Virus record (IMG/VR): IMGVR_UViG_3300023174_000034
From: a virus
Taxonomy: Duplodnaviria > Heunggongvirae > Uroviricota > Caudoviricetes
Strand: one strand, 5' to 3'
Length of the DNA: 64,000 nucleotides
Part shown: in pieces, positions 10,223 through 20,196 of the stretch
Layout of the letters: the number at the start of each line of letters is the position of its first letter
How positions within the stretch are numbered: position 1 is the stretch's first letter
Notes under the pieces: model-generated
Seen by the model: only the letters and a program-made list of their open reading frames with translations
Told to the model about the DNA's origin: nothing
The model's database searches: none
Program-made: the position numbers and the translations under genes

Positions 10223-10915
10223 TTAACCTCGACCCAGTATTTTTCTATTGCCAAATGCTATGTTGGTCCACACAGGCGGTGTTGTTTTTTCTAGCACAAG
10301 TTCTATTTCGTAACAACCATTACTGGGATGCATTTCTCCAGCACTGACAGTCTTTGCATTGCGGCCGTCATTGTGTGTTACACCGTCTACTGTGTTGCCG
10401 TCGACTACTACTTGTTTTACAACCCATCCGTCGTTCCAGTCTTGATCGTTGTCGCACATGTGTCTTATGCGATAGCTCAGATGCGGCAATGCTTGCCATA
10501 CTTCTTCTAATAGATTGAATGGTGCATAAAAGCGTTTGTGATCTCGGTTGTATCTGCTGGGCAAGTCAGGCTTTTTCTCGTACAGCCACACATGTGGTAC
10601 ACAGATGATCATGTGCCCACCAACTTTCAGCACACGGTGCCATTCTTGTAGTGCAGTTTTCCAATCAGTCACATGCTCGTACACATGGCTGGCGTACACA
10701 GTGTCCTGGCTTTGATCTGCAAAAGGCAAATGCACACCGTCATATCCAGGATAGTCAATGTCCACACCAATCACATGCGGGAAAATAGTTTCGCAACCTT
10801 GTCCGCCATCGTAGCCTATTTCTAGGGCATTGGCACCAAAGTATTTTCTAAAGAAACCAGACTGTTGTTTCTGGTCAAAAGATTTGGCAGTTTCAGGACC
10901 TATTTTTCTATTCAT
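10223..10915 (-). CDS. class I SAM-dependent methyltransferase (Methyltransf_11-like)
   Basis: Motifs ALEIG, IGVD, LPFADQSQDTVYASHVYEH, EWHRVLKVGGH. Confidence 0.85.
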   Translation of the reverse strand: MNRKIGPETAKSFDQKQQSGFFRKYFGANALEIGYDGGQGCETIFPHVIGVDIDYPGYDGVHLPFADQSQDTVYASHVYEHVTDWKTALQEWHRVLKVGGHMIICVPHVWLYEKKPDLPSRYNRDHKRFYAPFNLLEEVWQALPHLSYRIRHMCDNDQDWNDGWVVKQVVVDGNTVDGVTHNDGRNAKTVSAGEMHPSNGCYEIELVLEKTTPPVWTNIAFGNRKILGRG

Positions 10916-10932
10916 ACAAATAATTATCAGTT

Positions 10933-10964
10933 AAAAAAATACCCGAAGCATTTCTGCTCCGGGT
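10933..10964 (-). terminator. intrinsic terminator closing the putative sRNA
   Basis: Minus strand reads ACCCGGAGCA-GAAA-TGCTTCGGGT-ATTTTTTT. Confidence 0.8.
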
Positions 10965-11000
10965 ACCAACTAAACAGGATGCTGTCTGACTAGCACCTGT
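10933..11000 (-). ncRNA. putative small RNA (~68 nt, two hairpins, intrinsic terminator)
   Basis: Bounded by a sigma70 promoter and a hairpin plus T7 tract; no ORF inside; hairpin ACAGG-UGCU...AGCA-U-CCUGU followed by the terminator. Confidence 0.6.
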
Positions 11001-11004
11001 ATGT

Positions 11005-11033
11005 ATTATATAGCAGACACAACTACAAAGCAA
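11005..11033 (-). promoter_or_regulatory. sigma70-type promoter
   Basis: Minus strand TTGCTT-17 nt-TATAAT. Confidence 0.7.
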
Positions 11034-11042
11034 ACTATTAGG

Positions 11043-11132
11043 TAAATATAATGTTCACTTGACACTCAAGTAACTTATGCGGTACCCACCGCGTAGGCCT
11101 AGAACGCTAAATCATATTAAGGAGAAAAACAA
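11043..11132 (+). promoter_or_regulatory. late promoter plus structured 5' leader
   Basis: TAAATA at 11043; hairpins ACTTGA-CAC-TCAAGT and TATGCGGT-ACCC-ACCGCGTA; TAAGGAG SD. Confidence 0.55.
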
Positions 11133-11876
11133 ATGGGACGTCCTCTAAATCATAAATTCTTTGGCGACTTAAATTACGCCGCAGGCGGTGCAATGGTCGG
11201 TGGTGAAGGTGTTGCTAGCGTAGCCGCAGTCACAGGCTTGACTGGCATGGCCGCAAGTGGTCCGTTTGCAATTCTAGCCGCAGATATCACTGCACCAGAA
11301 ATTGCCGGCGGTACAAAACCAACATTGACATTCACTGCTACCAGCGCAACAGCAGGTACAGTTGCAGTTGTGACACAAGGTTCAGGTTACACATCAGCAC
11401 CAACAGTGACCGTTCGCGGCTCACTAGCAGGCGGTAGTACCACAGCAACTCCAGCAGCCACATTGACCACAACTCGTTTGAATGCTATCATTCCACAAGT
11501 TCGTATTGCTGGCACAAACCGTACCAGCGGTAATGACATCATTGCACAAAAAGGTAGCAAGCGTTTTCAAGTACAGTCACAAGACGGCTCGGGTGTTTGC
11601 AAGCTAGTGCCACGTACACCAGCAGCCGCACTAGAAATGGCTATTGCGGCAACAGACAGCCAGAGCAACACATACTGGGTAAAAAAGATCAGCAAGAACA
11701 AAGTTCAACTGATAAGAAACACCCTAGTAGGCTCAACCTGGGATATCGCTGATGGCGATACAGCAAAATGGACTATCACTGGTTCAGCTGTGGCTCCAGT
11801 TGGCGGCGGAAACCCATCAGCAACTGATGGCCCATCAGTGGTCAGCATCGGCACAGTGTTACTAAACAACGCTTAA
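11133..11876 (+). CDS. virion structural protein (possible head decoration or fibre anchor)
   Basis: MGRPL start, GSGYTSAPTVT repeat-type motif, IIAQKGSKRFQV; own late promoter and terminator; highly-expressed-type codon usage. Confidence 0.65.
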   Translation: MGRPLNHKFFGDLNYAAGGAMVGGEGVASVAAVTGLTGMAASGPFAILAADITAPEIAGGTKPTLTFTATSATAGTVAVVTQGSGYTSAPTVTVRGSLAGGSTTATPAATLTTTRLNAIIPQVRIAGTNRTSGNDIIAQKGSKRFQVQSQDGSGVCKLVPRTPAAALEMAIAATDSQSNTYWVKKISKNKVQLIRNTLVGSTWDIADGDTAKWTITGSAVAPVGGGNPSATDGPSVVSIGTVLLNNA

Positions 11877-11899
11877 TATCCTCGTTTGCAGTGGATCCT

Positions 11900-11923
11900 A
11901 AAGAGGGCTTTGGCCCTCTTTTT
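11900..11923 (+). terminator. intrinsic terminator
   Basis: AAAGAGGGC-TTTG-GCCCTCTTTTT. Confidence 0.85.
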
Positions 11924-11968
11924 GTTTGAGCTTGTTACCGCATAAATAAAGCAAACGGTAGAAAACTC

Positions 11969-12643
11969 ATGAGCTTTATTAAAAACGTCAGCGGTCCATA
12001 TACGATAAACACCATCAATCATGATGATCCTATTATTTTGGACAGCAACAATGTTATCATCAATGGTAGCCTGTCTGTTTATGGCTCAAACACATTCTTG
12101 GGCAACATTACATCAGCTGAAGTACAACAAACCTACATTGTTGACAACGTTATTACCCTAAATGCAAATGCTTCAACTTTAACAACTCCTTATCCAGGTC
12201 CATCTGGTATTGAAGTCGAACGCGGATCCGTAGAATACAATGCTATTCTGCGTTGGTATGAACCAAGCAAGACTTGGCAAATTCGTTCAAACGTTGATGG
12301 CGCAGTGTACTACAACCTTGTGGCAACCACAACAGGTAACACTCGTGTGGTTGATGACGTTGCACCACAGTTAGGCGGCAATTTGTTCACAAACAGTTAT
12401 GCTATTACAAACATAACAGGTAACATTTTCCTAGATCCAGCAACCACAGTGAGCCTCAATGGTAATCTTAGTTTACAAATGGCAGGCAATATCTGGGGTA
12501 ATGCACAAGCATACAATACCTTAATTTCAAACCAAGTTGGTGCAGGCGGCACCGGCTTGTATGTCACAACCGGCGATGGTGGCGTGACAAGCCAAGAATT
12601 GATTACAAAAAGACGTGCGATTGTTTATTCAATTGTATTTTAA
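11969..12643 (+). CDS. virion fibre/baseplate-associated protein
   Basis: DNVITLN...SGIEVERG and D.APQLGGNL motifs of phage fibre proteins; TAAATA at 11943. Confidence 0.65.
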   Translation: MSFIKNVSGPYTINTINHDDPIILDSNNVIINGSLSVYGSNTFLGNITSAEVQQTYIVDNVITLNANASTLTTPYPGPSGIEVERGSVEYNAILRWYEPSKTWQIRSNVDGAVYYNLVATTTGNTRVVDDVAPQLGGNLFTNSYAITNITGNIFLDPATTVSLNGNLSLQMAGNIWGNAQAYNTLISNQVGAGGTGLYVTTGDGGVTSQELITKRRAIVYSIVF

Positions 12644-12655
12644 CAGGAACGAGAA

Positions 12656-12970
12656 ATGATTAAAAGTGTAAAACTACTGCAAGGAACACCGCAAGCAATT
12701 ATCACAGCCAACGCTGATATCGCTGTGACGACCTTATACCTTTGCAATCGATCAACCAGCACAGTAACAACAAGTGTATTTTTGGTCAGCAATGGATCAA
12801 CTGATTCTTACGACAATATAGTTTATAACGAAGTTCAGATTGCAGGTAAGGATACCTTGGTAATTGACAACGAACGCTTGCTATTGGGTACAGGTGATTC
12901 TATCCAGGCCAACGTTGACGTACTATCAGACAACAGAATTGTTGCGACCTTGAGCTGGACAAACATCTAA
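12656..12970 (+). CDS. small beta-rich virion protein
   Basis: 104 aa, TLYLCN...ERLLLGTGDSIQA pattern; in the structural operon. Confidence 0.6.
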   Translation: MIKSVKLLQGTPQAIITANADIAVTTLYLCNRSTSTVTTSVFLVSNGSTDSYDNIVYNEVQIAGKDTLVIDNERLLLGTGDSIQANVDVLSDNRIVATLSWTNI

Positions 12971-12971
12971 C

Positions 12972-13385
12972 ATGCGTTCACTAAAAAATCCTGTATTAAA
13001 AACTTTTGGGTATGCAACTGTGATGCCTTTTGGTACCACAGCATTGCGTCCTACCACACCTGTTAATGGCGAGTTTAGATTCAACACTGACACGACCAAA
13101 ATGGAAGTGTATTACAGTGCCGCATGGAATTCAATCTCCAAGATTGGTCAAGTTGCTGTGACCAAAGATTCATTCACTGGTGACAGCTCACAAACTATTT
13201 TTACCATGACCAAAAGCTATTCAGCTGGTGATGAACCCAAGATCATTGTTGTGGTTGGTAATGTGTTTCAAAATCCTGGAGTGGCATTCACAGTGAGTGG
13301 TACTACTCTTACATTTACATCTGCACCGCCGTTTGGGCAAACAGTTATCGTATTACACGGATTTGCAAGTACAGATCCAGCCTAA
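12972..13385 (+). CDS. small virion protein with RFNT and F-x-GD-x-x-x-T-x-F domains
   Basis: GTTALRP...GEFRFNT...EVY...W plus SFTGDSSQTIFT...FQNP...TLTFTSAPP; both domains are shared with the next two genes. Confidence 0.65.
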   Translation: MRSLKNPVLKTFGYATVMPFGTTALRPTTPVNGEFRFNTDTTKMEVYYSAAWNSISKIGQVAVTKDSFTGDSSQTIFTMTKSYSAGDEPKIIVVVGNVFQNPGVAFTVSGTTLTFTSAPPFGQTVIVLHGFASTDPA

Positions 13386-13395
13386 GGAATAAACA

Positions 13396-15312
13396 ATGGC
13401 AATCGGAAGAGTCGCAGGTCCAATGCTCTTATCTGAATTAGACAGGCAAGGCATTGACTTGACTTTTACAACCAACAGTAATCAGTTGGTTGCACTGGAC
13501 TTTACCGCTTTTCGGATGGCTCTCAAAGGCGGAACAGCATCGGCATATGTGTTTGACGTCAATGGCAATGCCGCAATAGGCAACGTGATTATTGAGAATG
13601 GCGCACGTATCACCAGCCAAGGACTAAATCAAACTCTAACCCTACAAGCCAATGGCGTTGCTAACGTAACTGTTATCAATGCCAATGTTATTAGTGGGCG
13701 TGTTGATGGCACAGTGATTGGAGGATTAAATCCACGTCCTGCTACATTCACATTCATGAATGCTAATACACTGGCTACCATGGCCACAGCAAATGTCAGC
13801 AACCTACGTGCCAATTTGATTGCGTTTACTGCGCCAAACAATCAGATTATCATGGACAACCCTACTTTGCGTTTTTATAATGCAAATAACAGTATGGTTG
13901 TTGACAATCTAACAGTATTACAAAGTCAAACGTTTACCACACTGGATGCGGCAAACGTTATCATTCGCAACAGTACTGCAAATGCCATTCCGTTCATGGC
14001 AGCAAACAACTGGATCAAGACCAGTTCTTCATTGACCTACAGTGAAGCCAACAACATGGTGTCAACTGGTAATGTGCGACTGAGTGGACCAAGTACCAAT
14101 CAGGTGCTGTTCTTGGATGCCGCTGATAACAGATTCCTTAAAGGAACAACCTATCTAACATTTGATGGTACCAACTTACGTGCCAATGGTATCACACGCC
14201 TGGGCGATGTAACAACATTTACTAACGTAATTAGCACAGCAAATACTGATCAGGACCTGGTACTAGCACCAGACGGTGCGGGTGTAATTTCTGCCGCCGA
14301 CAAAAACATTCGCAACGTTGCTTCACCTACTTCTCCAAGTGATGCGGCAACAAAAAGTTATGTTGATGGATTGATTGTGATTTCGACTGCATCAACTGCT
14401 TCAATATATCAATTTGATACCAGAGTCTCGGCACTGGATGACAATAATGGCACTGCTAACATTACTTTTGCCATCAGCGGTGTTGAACAAGGACGTATCA
14501 CGAGTGGATTGGTAAACTGGCAAGACATCAACATCAATGATGCCACAATCAGCACACAAGCCGGTCCGTTGATCTTGTCACCATACAACGACGAACGTGT
14601 TATCTTGGACACCCCCAAGGCACTGGGATTACCGGTTGGTAACAACGCAGAACGCCCTACGCCGGGACTGGAATATGTTGGCGATTTCCGATTCAATACA
14701 GAACTTGGCACAGTAGAATGGTTTGATGGTACTCAATGGGAAAACCCAGCCAACTCCACAGTCTATAGCCAAACTATTGTACCCGACGGAGCCAATGCCA
14801 CATTTACTTTGTCTCAGAAAAGCACAACAGAAGCAGTGTTAGTTAACTTCAACGGTGTTATTCAACGGCCCAGCACAACTTATAGTGTTGCGCTGGATCA
14901 GATCACATTTAGCTCAGTTCCGCTAACAACTGATGTTATTGAAGTGCGTTTCTTTAATGGCACAGTAGCGCAAGCAACCAATCCTATTGTTGCTGATCGT
15001 AGCTATTCAAATGTTGGCATAACAGCAACCACGATAGACAGCTGGTACATCAATACCTATAGAGGTGCAAAGTATACCTACGTTGCTAAAACCATAACAG
15101 GTAACAATTACGAAACTGGTGACCTACATGTTGTTCATGACAACCTGGAAGGTTTCCACAGCAGTACGTTTGTGAGTAAAACAGGATCTAGCATGATCAC
15201 CTGGACCACAACAAACGATCCAATTGGTGTCATGAACATCCGAGCACAAGGCACACACGCCGATGTGCAGGTTAAATTTCACGCAATTTACCTAACCGAT
15301 CCTACAGTTTAA
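13396..15312 (+). CDS. tail fibre-like virion protein
   Basis: DAATKSYVD motif, RFNT domain, DG..TFTL domain, C-terminal YRGAKY domain. Confidence 0.7.
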   Translation: MAIGRVAGPMLLSELDRQGIDLTFTTNSNQLVALDFTAFRMALKGGTASAYVFDVNGNAAIGNVIIENGARITSQGLNQTLTLQANGVANVTVINANVISGRVDGTVIGGLNPRPATFTFMNANTLATMATANVSNLRANLIAFTAPNNQIIMDNPTLRFYNANNSMVVDNLTVLQSQTFTTLDAANVIIRNSTANAIPFMAANNWIKTSSSLTYSEANNMVSTGNVRLSGPSTNQVLFLDAADNRFLKGTTYLTFDGTNLRANGITRLGDVTTFTNVISTANTDQDLVLAPDGAGVISAADKNIRNVASPTSPSDAATKSYVDGLIVISTASTASIYQFDTRVSALDDNNGTANITFAISGVEQGRITSGLVNWQDININDATISTQAGPLILSPYNDERVILDTPKALGLPVGNNAERPTPGLEYVGDFRFNTELGTVEWFDGTQWENPANSTVYSQTIVPDGANATFTLSQKSTTEAVLVNFNGVIQRPSTTYSVALDQITFSSVPLTTDVIEVRFFNGTVAQATNPIVADRSYSNVGITATTIDSWYINTYRGAKYTYVAKTITGNNYETGDLHVVHDNLEGFHSSTFVSKTGSSMITWTTTNDPIGVMNIRAQGTHADVQVKFHAIYLTDPTV

Positions 15313-15399
15313 CGTCTTAAACTGCCCCAATTTTGGGTGCAAATGAAAGGATCCTACATCTGCTAAATAGCTATAACCAATGCCTTAGGAGCTCGAATA

Positions 15400-18300
15400 A
15401 TGGCCGTAACGCGGATTAAGAACAATCAGATCACAGACGCAACGATCTTTGCCAACGTAAAAATCGCTCCAGGCACAATCGTCGGATCGTTGTTCAACCC
15501 AGATGTAACAATCAATTCTAACATTGCGATTGTTGGTAACCTCACGGTTTCTGGCAACACAAACACAATCAACAGTACCAATACCTTGGTCAATGATCCA
15601 CTTGTTATTTTCAACAATGGATACACAGGTACTCCTAGCTATGATGTGGGTATTCTAGTAGATCGTAATCTGCAACCCACTAGTCCAACCAACTACGGCA
15701 GTTTGAACTCTGCCTGGGTCTGGCGTGAAAGCGACGGTAGCTTTGAAGGTTTACTCACAACAGAAACTGGAACCACACAAGGTGTTATTGCTCGATCTGC
15801 TTATGCCAATGTGATTGTTGGCAACACCACAATCAGGACCAATGGTGTTGATGCCAGCGTGGTTGAAGCAGTTGACACAGGTTCCGGAGCACTGCAAGTA
15901 AAGGGTGGTGCCAGCTTTACACAGAACGTGCAAATTGGCGGACGTGGATCTGTATTTGGTGCCAACACCGGTGCAGTTGCAATCAACGCCAACATTCCAA
16001 TTGTACAAATTACCACTGAGTCCAGCACACGCTACGGCCTGATGATCACAGACACCACCAACAATGGTGCGTTTGCTGTCAAGACAGGATCCACATCAGG
16101 TGCTGAAATACATACTTTTGGTGGAACCAACAACGATATACGTATCCAGCCAGATCGTAAAAAGAGTATCTGGCTGCCAGCTGCCAATGCCAGCGTACTG
16201 GTAGACAACAATCTCAACAGCTCAAGTGCAAATATTGGTGCACTGGTTGTGACAGGATCAGGCGGTGCAGGCATTGGTGGCAACTTGAACACAGGAACCA
16301 GTGCCAGCTTTGAAAGCAAGAACGTTTATGTTCAAAGCAACAAGACCAATGATGTTGTGATTGGCAAGAATCAACTCAAGACCGGCATTGGTGCAAACGT
16401 AACAGCCATTGGTGCTGTGCAAGGTATAACAAGCATTGGCGAAAGCTCTACCATAGTTGGTATGGGTGCAGGTGCCGGTGCTCCTGGCATCAACTCTACC
16501 TTTGTGGGCAAGAGTTCGGGTAATATCACAACCGGATCCGACAATCAATTTTTTGGTCGCAATGCAGGTCGTTTGGTCACATCTGGATCATATCATACCA
16601 TACTTGGTAGCCATGATGGCAACACCATTGCATCGCTGAACAATCAAGTTATTATTTCAGACGGTGCAGGCAATCCTCGCATCAACATCGACAACACCGG
16701 TAATGTTTGGGTAGTCAGCACAAACCCAGCCACTGACTATAGAACTGGTGCGCTGGTAGTGAATGGTGGCGTGGGTGTTGGTGGCAACTTGTATGTGCAA
16801 GGTCAAGTTTTCTTCAGTGGGCAAACACGGATTTCCAGTACACCATACTCATTGATGATTGCTGGTAATACTGCTGTTGAGCAGTTGAGTACCAACTCTG
16901 TCATCTACGGTCAGCAGATTGGCAGTGGCACAGGAGTTGCCACACCGTTTGGTGTGCGAGCAACCATATACGGTGCAGATGCATCTAACACACCAACCAC
17001 GTCAGATGATGTCACACTGATTGGTTATCGCACAGGCTACAGCGGCCCTGGTGCAAGAACCACAGCGGTGGGATCCGGCGCTGGTTACAGCCTATTGGCA
17101 GGCGCTACCAACAATCAACTGTTTGGATTCAATTCAGGCAACCTGATAACCACAGGCAACAACAATGTTATCCTTGGCGCCAACACAGGCTCAACTATTG
17201 CCACGCTGAACAACAGGATCATCATTGCAGATGGTGCTGGCACATCACGCATCAGTATTACAGACACTGGTGCTACAGAAATCACCAGCACAGTTGAAAC
17301 TGATTCAATTGGTACAGGTGCCTTGATTGTTGACGGCGGCCTTAGCGTACAGAAAAACACACGTATCGGTGGCAACCTTACTGTCACTGGCAACCTAAAC
17401 GTAATTGGTACTGTAAGCACAATCAACTCAACTTTTATGACTGTGGTTGATCCTATTATTGAAATGGGTGGCCTGGCCAATGCCAGCGTACTAACAACCA
17501 ACGATGGCAAAGACCGTGGACTGCGTATGCACTATTATGAAGGTGCTGATCGTAGCACTTTCTTGGGCTGGCAAAATACCACAGGTAACTTGGTCTACAT
17601 GCAAGCCGCTGTAGAAAGTGCTGGCAATGTATTCACAGGTACATATGGTAGTGTACAATTTGGTCAGCTGAAACTCAGCAACGTCAACCCAAGTACCAGC
17701 CAAACCACAGGCGCACTACAAGTTGTGGGCGGAATAGGCACACAAGGTAGATTGACTGCCAACAACGCAGTAGTAGACAACAATCTTACTGCCAGCGGCA
17801 CAGGTGCTCTTATTACATTTGCGCCATCTGGTTCAGGTTATGTAACAATCAATCCAGCAACCACTGGCACAATTGACAACATGACCATTGGTGGTAGTAC
17901 ACCAGTAGATGCTACGTTTGTTAATGCAACAGTCACAAATACTATGACCATCACTGGCAGCGGTAATGTTGTGATGGCACCGGCTGGTAATTTAAGATTG
18001 AACCCAACCACAACCGGCGATATAAACAATCTTTATATTGGTAACATTACTCCACGTCAAGGTGCATTCACTGCGGCCAACATTGGTCAAGACCTGGTAA
18101 TGAAAGCATTCAGTTCAAACTCGGTACTGTTTATCAGTCCAACTGGTAACCTGAGTGTTGATCAAAAGCTAAACGATTTCAACTTCCAACGTCAGACTGG
18201 CAACACAATTTCTACTGTGAGTCTGAGCGTTGGTACTAACGGTGACTTCACAGGCACTGACACTCTAAACATCTACTATCAAGGTGATGCCTACCTGCCA

Positions 18301-19719
18301 CAGAGTGCAATATCTGCAAATGTTGTAGGACAAGCGCCTGGGTGGACCACAACATCAAGTCGTGGCACAGGACATGCTCCTGCCAATCTACAAGACGGTG
18401 ACTTCACAGGTGTGTTTGGCGCCTACGGATACAGTGATGGTGCATATAGAGAACTATCTGGTTGGCGACATGTGGCACAAGGTGCAACAGTTGTTACAAA
18501 TGGCATTGGTGGCGAAGCTCAACTTTGGACCAAGACAAATGCGTCAGCGTCCACTACACTGGCTCTGCGGGTGGACAACAACCAGAAAGCCACATTCTAC
18601 GGTCAAGTTGCCATTGCCAACAGCACCACAAGCACCACAACTTCAAGCGGTGCGTTCTATGTACAGGGTGGCACAGCAATTGGCGGCAATCTAAATGTCA
18701 GCCAAGGCGCACGTTTCAACGATCAACAAAATCACAACAGAGATTTTTATGTTCGTGGTGGCAATGATGCAACACTGATCTGGGCCAGTACGTCAAGTGC
18801 ATATAACCAAGTGATCATTGGCAACTCTGCAGTGGGTGCTAATTTGATAACTGGCGCCAAATTACAAATCAACTCAACTGACGCCTTGTTGATGCCGCGT
18901 GGCACAGAAGCACAGCGTCCTGGATTTGCTGGTTACGGATCGCCAAGTGCTGGTATGATGCGTTTCAATACCATTGTCAATGACATGGAATATTGGGACG
19001 GTGGCAAATGGTATCAACCACAAAGCGGCCAAACAGCAACCATTGTTGCAGAAACATTTAGTGGCGACGGTGTAACCACACAGTTTACCACAGCCCGAGA
19101 ATCAACCACAGCCGCCACATTTATTGCCATCAACGGTACACTACAACAGCCAACAACTGCTTATAGTATCAGTGGCAACGTGGTCACATTCACTGAAGCA
19201 CCTGCACCAGGCGACGTCATCAGCAGTCGTTATCTTGCACTGTCAGTCACAGCTGGTCTGTCATCTGCATATGGCTTGGTGACATTACGCACCTTGGACG
19301 AAGGTGTACTGATAACCGGAGCCAACGGCACTATCACTGCCAACTCTGTGCTGTTCAAATCAGACGGCACAGTTGGCTGGAACGGAACTGTACAAACAGC
19401 AGTTGACACCAGCCCGGTACTGATTCACACATTTGATGCTGGCCGTTATCGATCAGCAAAATATGTAATCCAAGTGGAGAATGCCACTGCCAATGCATAC
19501 GAGGCCAGCGATGTCATGGTGATCCACAATGGTAGCTATGCTTATAGAACACAATACAACATGATCAGTACATTTGCCAATGCCGCCGCACTGGGTAGTG
19601 TGACAGCGGCATACGCCGCTGGCAATGTAAACTTGTATTATCAAGGTATTACAACAGGCAACAGGGTCAAAGTTCGAGCTGACATGATTGGCAACGATCA
19701 ACCCTGGGAACCGTTCTAA
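15400..19719 (+). CDS. large tail fibre/adhesin-like virion protein
   Basis: 1439 aa; GAL.V.GG.G..GNL repeats, N..IG..AG beta-roll (YadA-head-like) repeats, RFNT domain, C-terminal YRSAKY domain; TAAATA at 15364. Confidence 0.75.
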   Translation: MAVTRIKNNQITDATIFANVKIAPGTIVGSLFNPDVTINSNIAIVGNLTVSGNTNTINSTNTLVNDPLVIFNNGYTGTPSYDVGILVDRNLQPTSPTNYGSLNSAWVWRESDGSFEGLLTTETGTTQGVIARSAYANVIVGNTTIRTNGVDASVVEAVDTGSGALQVKGGASFTQNVQIGGRGSVFGANTGAVAINANIPIVQITTESSTRYGLMITDTTNNGAFAVKTGSTSGAEIHTFGGTNNDIRIQPDRKKSIWLPAANASVLVDNNLNSSSANIGALVVTGSGGAGIGGNLNTGTSASFESKNVYVQSNKTNDVVIGKNQLKTGIGANVTAIGAVQGITSIGESSTIVGMGAGAGAPGINSTFVGKSSGNITTGSDNQFFGRNAGRLVTSGSYHTILGSHDGNTIASLNNQVIISDGAGNPRINIDNTGNVWVVSTNPATDYRTGALVVNGGVGVGGNLYVQGQVFFSGQTRISSTPYSLMIAGNTAVEQLSTNSVIYGQQIGSGTGVATPFGVRATIYGADASNTPTTSDDVTLIGYRTGYSGPGARTTAVGSGAGYSLLAGATNNQLFGFNSGNLITTGNNNVILGANTGSTIATLNNRIIIADGAGTSRISITDTGATEITSTVETDSIGTGALIVDGGLSVQKNTRIGGNLTVTGNLNVIGTVSTINSTFMTVVDPIIEMGGLANASVLTTNDGKDRGLRMHYYEGADRSTFLGWQNTTGNLVYMQAAVESAGNVFTGTYGSVQFGQLKLSNVNPSTSQTTGALQVVGGIGTQGRLTANNAVVDNNLTASGTGALITFAPSGSGYVTINPATTGTIDNMTIGGSTPVDATFVNATVTNTMTITGSGNVVMAPAGNLRLNPTTTGDINNLYIGNITPRQGAFTAANIGQDLVMKAFSSNSVLFISPTGNLSVDQKLNDFNFQRQTGNTISTVSLSVGTNGDFTGTDTLNIYYQGDAYLPQSAISANVVGQAPGWTTTSSRGTGHAPANLQDGDFTGVFGAYGYSDGAYRELSGWRHVAQGATVVTNGIGGEAQLWTKTNASASTTLALRVDNNQKATFYGQVAIANSTTSTTTSSGAFYVQGGTAIGGNLNVSQGARFNDQQNHNRDFYVRGGNDATLIWASTSSAYNQVIIGNSAVGANLITGAKLQINSTDALLMPRGTEAQRPGFAGYGSPSAGMMRFNTIVNDMEYWDGGKWYQPQSGQTATIVAETFSGDGVTTQFTTARESTTAATFIAINGTLQQPTTAYSISGNVVTFTEAPAPGDVISSRYLALSVTAGLSSAYGLVTLRTLDEGVLITGANGTITANSVLFKSDGTVGWNGTVQTAVDTSPVLIHTFDAGRYRSAKYVIQVENATANAYEASDVMVIHNGSYAYRTQYNMISTFANAAALGSVTAAYAAGNVNLYYQGITTGNRVKVRADMIGNDQPWEPF

Positions 19720-19755
19720 GCCAAATGAATAAATACAAATGAATAGGAACAAGTA

Positions 19756-20160
19756 ATGGCCAATAGTAAATTTGTTGTTGATACAGGACTGGTAGTCGGC
19801 CCGCTGACAATTTTTGCCTCAAATGGCGATATTCGAACCAGCGGCAACATTGTTTACACAGCCAGCGGCCCAGACAATCCAGTCACAACCACAGGCATAG
19901 GATCCGGTTTTACCAACTCTACCACATTATATTTTCCTGGTGCCCAAGGCGGCACAACAGACTACGCAATAACAACAACCACAGTAGATGGCGTGGCAAC
20001 CACCGTAAACGAAACAGTTTCGGGATTGGCCACACTGACTGCAATACAGGATGCTTTTGGCGCAATCACAGCGGAAAGCGCAGGAAGTCCAACCGACATC
20101 TACGATTGTATGGAACCGTCTGGACTGATTGAAACAACAGATCTGGGTGTCTTAACATAA
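19756..20160 (+). CDS. small virion/fibre adaptor protein
   Basis: MANSKFVVDTGLVVG start, C-terminal DLGVL; TAAATA at 19730. Confidence 0.6.
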   Translation: MANSKFVVDTGLVVGPLTIFASNGDIRTSGNIVYTASGPDNPVTTTGIGSGFTNSTTLYFPGAQGGTTDYAITTTTVDGVATTVNETVSGLATLTAIQDAFGAITAESAGSPTDIYDCMEPSGLIETTDLGVLT

Positions 20161-20196
20161 ATACCATATAAATACGAATTAGGAGTCGGTTAAAAA

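Noticed and set aside
10979-10993. Tiny plus-strand ORF MLSD*
   Set aside because: Four codons, no properly spaced SD and no plus-strand promoter.
10933-11000. SAM riboswitch controlling the downstream methyltransferase
   Set aside because: I see no SAM-I/II/V consensus and no obvious antiterminator, and the methyltransferase has its own late-box variant. A standalone sRNA fits better, though an attenuator is not excluded.
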